A stretch of 64,000 nt of DNA from Neoconidiobolus thromboides FSU 785 (Eukaryota; Fungi; Entomophthoromycota). This document shows, piece after piece, positions 37,752-49,235 of this stretch. Each line of letters opens with the position of its first letter. The first letter of the stretch is position 1. The notes under the pieces are model-generated. The model was given only the letters and a program-made list of their open reading frames with translations. It was not told where the DNA came from and ran no database searches. The position numbers and the translations under genes are program-made. The stretch lies in the NCBI GenBank assembly GCA_025603075.1, contig MU626330.1, positions 32,050 through 96,049 on the forward strand, read 5' to 3'.

Positions 37752-39320
37752 ATGCCTTCAACACAACCAATACCGACGAGTGAAATCAAAGTATTAGAAA
37801 CTTTAATAATGATACGTAGTCGATTATCCCAATTAAAACGTTCAGCTAGTTATGATATGACCATTATTACTGATTTTTATGAATTATTAAATGTTAACGT
37901 AAAAGAATTATTTTGTATTAGAGAAGCTGAAGACCATGCTGATATTAACTATTCCAATAGAGTAGATGATGTTATCGATGATGTTTATCAATTACTTTCG
38001 CTATTTTGGATGGCGTTGGGAAAAACTTCAGAATCTCCTGCTACTTATGTACAATTGATTTCTATTGAGGTAAAATTAGTTGAAATATTTGTTATTATAA
38101 ATAAACTAAAAGTTTACTGTTATTTTTTTTAGCAATGTTTAGAACATTTAAAAGAATTTGATGTTTATTCAATGGGTAAAATAAATCGTAATAATTATAG
38201 ATAAAAGAAGATAGTAATATTATTTTATTTAGATGATCTTATTCCATTTGAAAAAAGAATTCAAGAATTAGAAGAAGTAATTGAACAAGAAACAAATAGT
38301 ACTTTAGAATCAAATGAATTTGATTCAACAATATTAACTACTTTAGTAAAGAGAAAATTATCTCATTGTAGTAAGTAGTTTGTAAAGTATTAATATAGTT
38401 AAATATTAGAATTAACTTTTTCTTTAAATTTTAGAAAATCTATTAAAAGAGTTTATGGATAATTGGAATTCAATATGTGATGAATTAGTGCCAATTAAAG
38501 AGAAATTAGTTGATATGCGTAAACAAATGGCAATTAAAGTAGGAAGAGGACAAGTAGATGAAGAGTTTGTTAAACAAATGGAACTTGAATTAAAAAATAT
38601 TAATGAAATGGGTTTAGAAGATAAAGTGAACAGTGAAAATGGTAAACCAATAGCAGGTCAGGTACAAGTAATTGGTTTACTTGAAGAATGTTTTCATGAA
38701 TTAAGTTTAATCAAAACATCTCAAATTGAAATTTCAGATAACTTAAAACCAGTGTTTGAACAATTAGTAAGTATGAAAGAAGAATTAAGTAAATTATATA
38801 TAACTCGTCGATGGACAATGAGAGAGCCAGATCTTTGGCCATTTCAAGTTCAATTAAGTGAAATTATTACATTACAAAAGAAAGGTAAATTTGAAGATGA
38901 AAATGGAAAACCATTAAAAGGTCACATTATGGTGCATTTTTTATTACAAAAATGTTATCGCATTATTTATAAACTATTGGCATCTTCAGAACCAGTAGCA
39001 GAATCATTAACTCCAGTCCATTCTCAATTATTTACATTACGTAAATGTTTACTTGAAGTTAAAAAATATGGTGGACCTTTTTCAGGTAAAAAAATGATAC
39101 TAATTATTATTAATTTGTTTATTTAATTTAACTTAATTTAATAGCACGTGAATTATATCCTTATCAAATCAAATTAGCTAGTATTGATAATCTAAGACAA
39201 GATGGTAAATTTTTAGATGATAAAAATCAAATTCCAGAAGGTCAAGCGGCAGTCATGGCTTTATTAAATGAATGCTATGATATTATGTATGAATTGAAAG
39301 ATCTTGTTAAAGAACTTTGA
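37752..39320 (+). CDS. CUB1: DUF2408/UPF0662 family protein (yeast YPL260W/Cub1-like), multi-exon
   Basis: QPIPTSEIKVLETLIMIRSRLSQLKRS, RVDDVIDDVYQLLSLFWMALGK..PATYVQL, LHSQLFTLRKCLLEVKKYGG, RELYPYQIKL. Confidence 0.7.
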
Positions 39321-39445
39321 TATATAATTTTATCTTAATAATAATATTTTAATCTGATTTATATTATTTATTTTTTGAAAGTTTTTTGTTTTTTTGCTAT
39401 AAGTAATTATAGTAGAGATATACTGATAAAACAAGGGAATAATAT

Positions 39446-39537
39446 GGGAATGTATTTTTATATTTAAGAATTTTATCAACAATCTTTCTACTCAAATAGT
39501 GCTTAAAAAATGGAAAAGTAATGGAATCAAAAAAAAA
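39446..39537 (+). mobile_element. MITE family A, copy 7 (right end lost)
   Basis: ATAT|GGGAATG left end and family core; no CCC right terminus. Confidence 0.7.
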
Positions 39538-39767
39538 TTTAAAAAATAAAGTTTAAAAATAAGATTTACGATTATGTTTCTATAATAATTAATTATAATA
39601 TGAATAATAACTTTAATTTATTTTTAATTTATATATAATTAACTTGAAGTTTTTTGTTTAACTTTGTTATAAAATTTACATTTCCTAATTATAAAAAATA
39701 TTATTTTAATATTTATATTTAATAGCTATAATAAAAAATCATAACTGTTATTGTATTTTTTATATAT

Positions 39768-39864
39768 GGGGATGTATTTTTGTGTTTAAGAATTTTACTA
39801 ACAATTTTTCCGCTCAAATAGCGCTTAAAAAATGGAAAAAACAATGAAGTCAAAAAACACTCCC
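39768..39864 (+). mobile_element. MITE family A, copy 8 (closest to consensus)
   Basis: GGGGATG..CACTCCC; ATAT on both flanks; both core CpGs intact. Confidence 0.88.
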
Positions 39865-40679
39865 ATATAGTATTTTGATATAAAATATAAAAACTAATAA
39901 GTTATTTAATAAAACCATTAAATTTTATATAAATTATAATTATATCTTTTATTTTATATCATCTGTAGTTTATTATGTAGAAATATTTCTCATAATTTTA
40001 TCATTTTTTATTCTTCAAACATTATTTAAATAAAAAGCTATTAACAAAATTTTTAATACATTCTTATATATTATTTTTAGAAATTAAATCTATTTTAATT
40101 ATACAAATTAAAACAGCTTTAAATTAAATAAAAATAAATCACTAATTTACTTACATTATTAACAAAAAAACTTATTACTTTGGTACCACATGATATAAAG
40201 GCATCTAATTCTATACTTGTGATTAGAATTGGACAACTCTGTGGTCCTCATTCGTCTTACAGAACCTAAGCTGATCTTTTATTCAAAGAGACTCAAATTT
40301 AATATATATGTTTTTGGCTTTTTTAATATGCAAAAAAGTACAAAAAATTTTATTATAAAATTAAATAAGCTTTTAAGTTTATTTAATCTTGGACTAAAAT
40401 ACTATTTTGGATCAAAATTTGGTGAATTTAAAAGCTAAGTTGAAATATAAACCTTCAGCTCACTTTTTTTGTCCATTTCCTTAGCTTAAATTTTAAAAAA
40501 AACATTCCAATATGAACTATTCTAAATCAAGCAAGCAAAAATTTTGTAGTACTTGACTTGGCGTACTTAATTTGGAATTTTGTAAAAACCATTTAGCAAA
40601 GCTTGGTCCAAGCTTTTAAACTACCCGTATATCCACTTATAAATTGAATTTTCATTTGAGTTCCATATTTTAAGGGATA

Positions 40680-40863
40680 CAGTCAAGCGTGTAAATACTA
40701 TCGTTTTATGGAAAACTTTTTCATAATTAAATTCAAAATAAAGTTTACTTTAATTTGATTAAAATACTGAGGATTACCATAACTATTTCGTGGAAAAGTA
40801 GCTTTTATTTTGAATCGACTTAAAAAAATTGGCATAAAACGATAATATTTACACGCTTGACTG
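40680..40863. mobile_element. MITE family B, 184 bp, Tc1/mariner-type
   Basis: 31-bp TIRs CAGTCAAGCGTGTAAATACTATCGTTTTATG / CATAAAACGATAATATTTACACGCTTGACTG (one mismatch); TA on both flanks. Confidence 0.85.
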
Positions 40864-41016
40864 TAAATTTTTTAAACAAAGCTTAATTTTAAAATATAGA
40901 CTTTCGTTTAAAACTCAATTCAATATTTTTTCTTTTAATAATTCCAATTATTATTGACTATCTTATAAATAACGTCAATATAAAACCAATTTAAATTGCT
41001 TTTTTTAAACGTCAAA

Positions 41017-41879
41017 ATGATCAACCTTGGAGGATCTCCGCATAAAAACATTAAGATCACCCAAGAGTTAATAGTTTTAGATAAAGAAGATACTAAATCA
41101 GATAATCTCAAATTATATAACATATTACCTATCCCCAACAGAAAAAAAAGTCCCAAATTAAAAAGATTGTATGACTCAATAACTGAAGGTATTGATATTG
41201 ATTCAAAAGATGTAAAAGCAGAAGAATCCGAGTTGTATTCTGTTGGGCTTTGTTCCAAAATATTAAAATTACCCAAAATACCTTATAAACCGAAACCAAA
41301 GGAATTAACACTGGGAATAAAAAAAGAATTATTCAATAAAAGGATAATAGAAGAGGATAATAGAATTAAGGACTTTTCAAGAAAAGATGGGATTAAGTTA
41401 GAACAAATAAGCTATGATGTTATTAATAAAAAGACTGTTTCAACCAAGTCAATTAATAGAATAAGTAAATCCAAGTTAGATATTTTAAGTTTACACGAAA
41501 CAGTTAATGGAAACAATAATTGTATTTTAAATCAATTGAATTTTAAAGGTTATAAAACATTTGATGGAGGTAATATTTTTATTTTTATTTTTATTTTATT
41601 TTTATTTTTATTTTTATTTTTACTCATATTTGTATTTATATATTTATATAATTTGTTAATTATTAATTATTAATATTATAGAAAGAGTAAAAAGTATAGA
41701 AGATTTGGTAGAAAAATTTCGATATTCTTTAGCAAGAGATGATATTATTAAAGAAGGACTATCAAGTAAATATTTTAATTTTTTATGCACTTTATTGTTG
41801 ATTAATTGAATGTTTAGAGTTATCATGGAATAATAAACAGATCCAAAAGAAGCCAAAAGTAACAAAAAAAATCAACTAG
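41017..41879 (+). CDS. Hypothetical Lys-rich protein, probably 3 exons
   Basis: Open exon from ATG 41017; GT-AG introns near 41571-41681 and 41767-41818 restore the frame to TAG 41877. No family recognised. Confidence 0.5.
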
Positions 41880-41963
41880 AAGTTATATCAATGAAATCTA
41901 ATTTTCCTTCTTTTATATTTATTAATAAATTTATAACTATCCTATCTCTTATTTTTACAATAT

Positions 41964-42060
41964 GGGGATGTATTTTGTGTTTAAGAATTTTACTAACAAT
42001 CTTTCCACTCAAACAGCACTTAAAAAATGGAAAAGTAATGAAATCAAAAAAAACATCCCC
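41964..42060 (+). mobile_element. MITE family A, copy 9
   Basis: Perfect GGGGATG/CATCCCC ends; ATAT on both flanks. Confidence 0.88.
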
Positions 42061-42620
42061 ATATATTCGATTACTACTAAAAATTTTACTTGTATTTATA
42101 GAGTAGGCAGTTTTAAAAAATGATGTTTTATATTAATCGTATTATTCCAAGTTTATTAATGTGAAAACTAAAGTTGAAACTGATTGTTTTATTAACCAAA
42201 TGTATTAATAAGTTTGTAATTTATAGTTATATTGTTAATCCAAAGCCTGTTATAGTTATATTAGTAATCTAATCTATAAAACTTTTTTTGAAGCCGAAAG
42301 CCTAAGTGTTCTGGTATAACAAGGTAATCGAAAGCCTAAGTTGACACTTAAGGGAAATTGATAGATTAGAAAACACTCCAATGAACTAAATAATACATAG
42401 TTTATACTTAATTTTAATCCTATCTCCTGCCTTATTCAACAATAAGAGAGTGCGGAAGATAAATACTAATGCTCTTGCAATTAAGTCACTATATCCAATG
42501 CTAAAATAAAAACTTAATAAATATAAACGTTTTAAAATTTTCAATTTCAACTTCAATTAAAAGCTTCACATTTCAATTTTTTAATTTAACTTTTTAATTC
42601 ACGTCACCTTTTTTAATAAA

Positions 42621-43913
42621 ATGGATTCCAAACCAACGAGCTATTTCTTACAAGATGAAGAAATTAAAGTATCTAATGAAGTTCCAAATGAAAGTACTAG
42701 TACAATTTCAGCTTTTATGACTAAATTTCCTACAGCTCAAGAACTTGAAGCTACTCACCATAGAGAGTCAAAGTTAAGAAAGTAAAAAGTTAATGCGCTT
42801 AATTGAAATTTACTAATGGTTAAAATAGTATTGATGACATTGAAATTGAAATACAAACATGGGATAAGTATTTTAGAAAAAGCGAATTAGTCAATATTAA
42901 TAATGATATATCCTTTTTTTATTTTTAAATTAATATTTATTATTTTTTTTATTTCCTTAACTAAAATTTACCAGTTTCAAATTTACACTATACCTCAAAC
43001 TAACGACTTAGATAAACCACTCACTTTTATCTGCCACCATGGAGCTGGTCACTCAGCCTTATCTTTTGCACTTATGGCAAAAGCATTACATGATATGTTA
43101 AAAGGGGCATGTACCGTTTTATCCTATGATGCAAGAGGACATGGTACAAAACTATTTTAAATATTAATTTAGTCTAAGTAAATTTTAGGATCAACAAAAA
43201 CAAATGAGCCAGGAAATTTATCATTAAATCAGTTAAGAAAGGATTTGGAAAATATAATCGAAAAAAGCGTACCTTCCGGAGAGATAATATTAGTAGGACA
43301 TAGTATGGGCGGAGCAGTAGCAGCTTCAGCAGCTTCTGTAAACAAAGGGCAAATAAAAGGAAAAAGTATAGCTGGATTAGTAGTAATTGATGTGGTAGAA
43401 GGAACAGCATTAGCAGCATTAAGTAGTATGAGTATGATTTTAGATAGTCGGCCAAAGAGTTTTAAAAGTATTGAAGAAGGTATTAAATGGAGTTTAAAAA
43501 GCTCTAACTTAAAAAATATGGATTCTGCGATTGTATCTATACCACCTCAGCTTATTGAAAAAGATGACAAGTTTGTTTGGAGAATAGATTTAGCAGATTC
43601 TCAACCTTTTTGGTATGATTGGTTCTCTGGACTTTCTCAAAAATTTCTTAATGCTTCAGCACCCAAATTACTCATCTTAGCTGGAACGGATAGACTTGAT
43701 AAGGAATTGATCATTGGCCAAATGCAAGGTAATAAATTAATATTTAGTAAACAAAAAAACTATAATTTTAAAATAGGTAAATTCCAGTTAGAAGTTAGAC
43801 CATTCACCTCTCATGTGGTTCAAGAAGATGACCCAGAAGGGGTAGCTAACTTATTAGCTAACTTTGCTATAAGATATCATCGCCCTATTCCACACTCATT
43901 CCCAAAAGCTTAA
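42621..43913 (+). CDS. PPE1: Protein phosphatase methylesterase 1 (PME-1), multi-exon
   Basis: CHHGAGHSALSFAL, YDARGHG, LVGHSMGG nucleophile elbow, VIDVVEGTA, KLLILAGTDRLDKELIIGQMQG, HVVQED. Confidence 0.93.
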
Positions 43914-45107
43914 AGCTGAGAAAATATTGTATTAAACAAAGTTATATCGATAAATATTTTAACTATTAAATTTAAAAAAGATACAAAAAATTAGTTTTAA
44001 GATTTATATTAATGTAAAAGCCATATAAATTTTATAAAAATTAGAAATCACATTGGTTTAAATTTTATTATTTTACAATCAAGTAAACGCTAAACTCTTT
44101 TAGTGAGGAGAAACAATTATACTAATAAACTCTTTTAAGTCATTTGCATCTTTTTTCAGTTTAATTTTGTCTTTAAATGTAGTCTATCTATAGGTATCAC
44201 ACTAAACTTTCGTTTGCAGATAACTCTATAATACCCTCCATCTAATTTCTCTTCATTAAATGTGGATTGCATGGAAGGATGACTTCAATTTTACTATATC
44301 AAGACTAAATTATGACAAAAACTCAGGAGACTCTGACTCATTGGTCTCTCCATTTCTTAGTTTAATATTTTTATTTAAATAAAATCCCCACTTAGGAACG
44401 TTTTACTCTTTTAACGATTAAAAAGCATATTTAAAAAAGTTATATGAACGTCTTTTTCGTTTCAGTATTGAATCAATAACATCTCAAATTATATATTATA
44501 TAAGGCATCGACAAAATACTGAAATGAATAAAAAAACTTCACTTACTTCCATTTGCAGAAGTATAGAAAATCTTCTATAAAGCAATATAATCTCCAACTA
44601 TAACGCTATACCATAAATAAACCATCTTTTTAAAGAAATAAACATTTATAATTTGTAAATAAAATCAAATTATATAAATGCAAATATCTTATGTGAAGTG
44701 TTATGTTCAGACTGTTTTCGAAAATTTAAAATATCATTTCTGTTTTAAAATAAATAAAATTTACTATTAATTTGTATACCTACTTATTTTAAAATACCCT
44801 TCAACAACCTCTTTTTATAATTTCTCAACCTCAATAACTACTATAAACTATTACTATTATTATTTATTATTTTTACCTATTATTATAATCGAATTTTGAT
44901 AACTTAACTAAATCATTAAATCCTTAATAAATCTAAAAATAAAGAAACATTTTTTTACTTTATATAAATTTAAGCCAAGGTTAAAATGAGGCTTCAATAA
45001 GGGTGCAGTAATCGTGGTAAAAATGGCCTGAAAAAAAATGAACTATATAATTGAGCTTTTATATAAAAGCTAAAAATGAAAAAATATGCGTACCAATTTT
45101 GATCAAC

Positions 45108-46292
45108 TTAATCACGATAGCGTCTACGATCACGATCTGGACTTCTATCCCGGGAGTATCTTCTACGTGGACTGCGTTCTCTAAAATCTCTACGTTCACT
45201 GTGATAATTATACTCATGATCTCCATCACGGTCATAATAATTGCGAGAACGAGAATAACGTCCATATCTACTATTTTCATAAGAATACTTAGATTCCACA
45301 AAGCGTTCAGGGATAGGTGATACTTCCTTCTTCTATGTAATTGTTAATTTTAACTTGAATTAAACATAGTCAAACTTACAATTTTTTCATTATAGGTTTC
45401 TCGAAGTCTAAGATACCCAGTATGCATCTTTCCAGAAACATGAGCATCAGTGCGTTTGGGTTCATTTCCAGCAACTAAATAAGCTGCGCATACATCACAA
45501 ACTTCCATAGGTTTATTAGTAGCTTCTAATGCATCTGGTTCGAATGACTAAATAGATTAATAAAGACTGTTTTTTACAAAAAATAATGATACTTTTTTCA
45601 AACGCTCTAACTCTGCTTCTAATGCTTCGACTTGGCTGGAATAACTTTTAGCTTCTGAAATTCTACCTTCTTCACCAGCAGTTTCTGCCTAAAAAGATAT
45701 ATTAATTTTGGAATACACAAGATAATAAAGCGCTTACAAGTGCTAAAAGTCCCTTTATCTTTTCGTCAATAATCACAATTTTTTCTTCAACTTCTGCTTT
45801 TTTAGATTCAAGAGACTCTTCATCTATTGAAGCATCTACTTTTTCCTTTGCTCTTCTTACTTTACGGTCTACTTCTTCTACTAAATTACTGACTGTTCTT
45901 AAAAATATACTTTCAAAGTCATACTTTGATTTGTCTTTTTCTGCTTCATATCTAATAATAATATGTTTTAGTATTTACCAATTTAAATCAAATCGGCAAA
46001 CTTACTCTTTCTTTAATCTATCGTCGTGAACTTTACTACAAGGTCCTAAAAAACAGTATTAAATAAGTAAAAAATGAATGATACCATTGTCCATACCTAA
46101 GTCAGCCTTTGTATTTACAAATAAATCATTTGGACAATAGCCAGCTATGTATTTAGGACAAATCTTTAAAGTGTTATTAGCTTATATATCAAAAATAATA
46201 TAAAATATTACATCTGGATCGGTTAATTTTCTTTGGAGACTTTGCTCATAAGGATTCATGAGCTCTTCTAATAAACTTCTTGCATAATCCAT
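45108..46292 (-). CDS. LUC7: U1 snRNP-associated Luc7 family protein with RS/RD tail, multi-exon
   Basis: ICPKYIAGYCPNDLF.NTKADLGPCSKVH (ZnF1), EVCDVCAAYL..DAHVSGKMH (ZnF2), RS-rich last exon. Confidence 0.9.
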
Positions 46293-46471
46293 ATTGTTGA
46301 TTTGAATTAAAGAAATATAAGTTTGTTACTAAATTTTGATCCTTAAATCCTCGCAAAAAATAAAGCAATAGAATTGCTTAACATTTTTGCATTCTAGAAA
46401 TTAAATTTTTGCAATTAGAGGACTACGTAATATGAAAGCTTGGATTTTTTCAAGCTTTTTTATATATAAAA

Positions 46472-47885
46472 ATGTCCATCACTATAGCTACTGAAGACCA
46501 AGTACCAAAGATACCAGATTTACAATTATTACATTATAGATTTATTTTGTCGAATTCTAAATCAAATGGAAAAGAAGAAGCTAAAGAATCTTTATTTCAA
46601 CAAATTAAAGAAAATGGTAATTATTTTTAATTTTCATAGTTTTAATTTTAATATCAATGTAGACATGGCTCCATTCTATAAATTGATCTGTGAAGAAAAC
46701 AATTTTAATATTGATCAAGCTTTATACTCTCAAATGCTTAAAAATAATGAAGAAAAAATAAAAGAGTTTGAAGTTAAAATGGAAGAAGCTAAAGAAAGTG
46801 AAGGTGAAACTGAAATTATTGATGTTCTTTCTAAAAAAGCGGATTATAAGGCTAAAATTGGAGAAAAGGTAGCTTTACTAATTAATTAATCTACAATATT
46901 TATTTGTTATTTTTAGGAAGAAGCTATTGCTGCTTATCAAGAGCTTTATGAAAAAGGCTTAACCATTGGCCAACGCCTTGACATCTTATTTAGCTTAATG
47001 AGAATCGGTTTTTTTTTCAATGAACCAAGTCTTCTTGCTACAAATATTGAAAAAGCAAAAGAGTAATTTTTTATACTAGCTTTATAAATTTATTATTTAT
47101 TTTATAAGACTTCTTGAAACAGGTGGTGATTGGGATAGAAGAAATAGATTAAAAGTGTATGAAGGCATTTATTTATTAGCTATCCGTGATTTTACTGCAT
47201 CATCTACTTTATTATTGGAATCTATTGCTACTTTCACTTCTACTGAACTTATGGAATACAAGGATTTTGTTAAATATACTGTACTCGTAGGAATGCTTTC
47301 ATTAGAACGTGTTGATATGAAGAAGAAAATTATTGAATCTCCAGAAATTAGAGAGGTTCTACATGAAATCCCACATTTAGATAAATATGTTAACTCATTC
47401 TATCAATGCAACTACAAAGAGTTCTTTGAGTCTTTAGGTAAATAAGCATCTTTTTATTTTATTAATTTATTAACCCATGTATTTAGCTGCTATTGAAGAA
47501 GTTCATATTTTTAATTCAAGTTATATATTCCCACATCATAAATATTACATTCGTGAAATGAGAATCAAAGCTTATAGTCAGCTCTTAGAATCATATCGTA
47601 GTGTAACATTAGATAATATGGCTAAATCTTTTGGTGTAACTGTTGGATTTATTGACAAGTAATTTATATTAATATTTATAGTAACTTGGAAAATTTAATC
47701 TGTTAACTAGGGATGTTGCAAAATTTATCGCAGCTGGTCGCTTACATTGTGTCATAGACAAGGTTAATGGTATTATTGAAACTAATCGTCCAGACTCTAA
47801 ATATGCACAATACCAAACTACTATTAAACAAGGTGATATGTTGTTGAATCGTATACAAAAATTAAGTCGTGTAATCAATATTTAA
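46472..47885 (+). CDS. RPN7: 26S proteasome lid subunit Rpn7, multi-exon
   Basis: [77 protein letters not shown]. Confidence 0.95.
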
Positions 47886-49235
47886 ATGGAATAAATAAAT
47901 ATTGTCAAAGAATATATTTATATATTTTATGTTTAGTTTAGGTTGGAATTTTAATTTATTTAAGTATTGAATATTTAAAATTAATAGCTTGTTTAAAAAT
48001 AATTATGTATAAACCCATACTTGATGACTTTTTGTTCTGGTGTTTTTATTAAAATTATAACTATTGGACTGAATAGTATTAGTATATTTGGTAAATTCAA
48101 TGTACTAGAATACTTAAAACTAGTATTATTAAGTTATATATACTTCAAATTAATTTTGTAATAATATTCATTTAAAAATTATTATTTATGAATCATAAAT
48201 GGCAATTACCTAATAAATTTGATTTTAATTTATTGTTGAATCTATTAATTTTAGTCATTTACACCTTACAGCAATATTATTACATAGATGCGATAACAAT
48301 TATACAATTCAAATATCCTACCTTATTACATATAATACAGTCACTATTATATAATTCACATTGATTTATGTTATGTATTCTATAAAACACATAAATATTT
48401 ATGCCTGTTTTTCACCACTTCAAACCAAATATTAGATTAAAAATCATTTACCATGTGAAGTAAAACTAATATTTTTAGCATGTAAAAATAGATTAAGTTA
48501 AAAATAGATTAAAATTAGTTTAACTAAGATATTTCAACACTAAGCAGACCTTACTTGTTTTAGTATCATTTATAGCTTATAATATTTTATGAGTTTATGA
48601 GTAATTAATTTAATAAATAATCTAATACATTAAACTTTAATTTTTCTAGAGATTCTATTAAAAATTAATAAATAGCTAATATGATAGTGGAAATAGTTAG
48701 CTTTAGGTCATAAAATATACAATTATTTTTACTTTTTATAGTAAATATTCTATTGCTACCTTAATCATGAACTAATTTACCGAATTCTTTTTATTCCCCC
48801 CAAAATTCCTCAGCCTGATACTGCCACACCATGTTCATTCTCCAATTACACTGCCCTAAAATCAAATAATTTGGACAAAATCGTATCATTAAAATTAAAC
48901 AAGGTTCTAGCCAAAGTTGATTTATGGCCACTGATTTTAATGATTAAAGCAATTTTATTGGATGAACCTAGAACATGATTTAATTTATCATCTAAGTTTT
49001 GTTATTTAAATGAGAACATAAAAGATCACAATTTTAATAACTTTACCTTTATAAGTCAGGCGTTGATTTAAAAACGCAGATAAGTAATATTTTATATTGT
49101 TTTTACTTTATCACCCTGAAAGTATTACTAAATTCATTATCACCAGTCAGTCATATTTATTTAATAGTAAAGATAATTGAACATTAAATACAACTTCAAT
49201 CAACTTTACTTTATTTCTTTCATAATTATTTTGTT

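Noticed and set aside
40598-40624. Hairpin as a Helitron 3' end
   Set aside because: Followed by CTAC rather than CTRR, and no matching 5' TC end or second copy seen.
9030-42060. MITE family A read as a Stowaway/Tc1 MITE with TA TSD, or as a CRISPR-like repeat
   Set aside because: Copies 1 and 2 have matched ATTT and AAAT flanks, which a TA TSD cannot explain. Copies are dispersed, in both orientations, with no regular spacers.
41891-42106. 71-aa ORF after the orphan gene
   Set aside because: Runs through MITE A copy 9; not a gene.
42295-42341. 13-bp direct repeat CGAAAGCCTAAGT with a 21-bp spacer
   Set aside because: Only two units; most simply a local duplication.
45051-45320. Hydrophobic ORFs 45051-45320 (+) and 45059-45301 (-)
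   Set aside because: Alternative-frame and antisense shadows of the LUC7 RS exon.
48781-48870. C-rich patch upstream of SEC2 (similar patch at about 27120-27220)
   Set aside because: Too short to assign; no TIR, ORF or RNA motif recognised.
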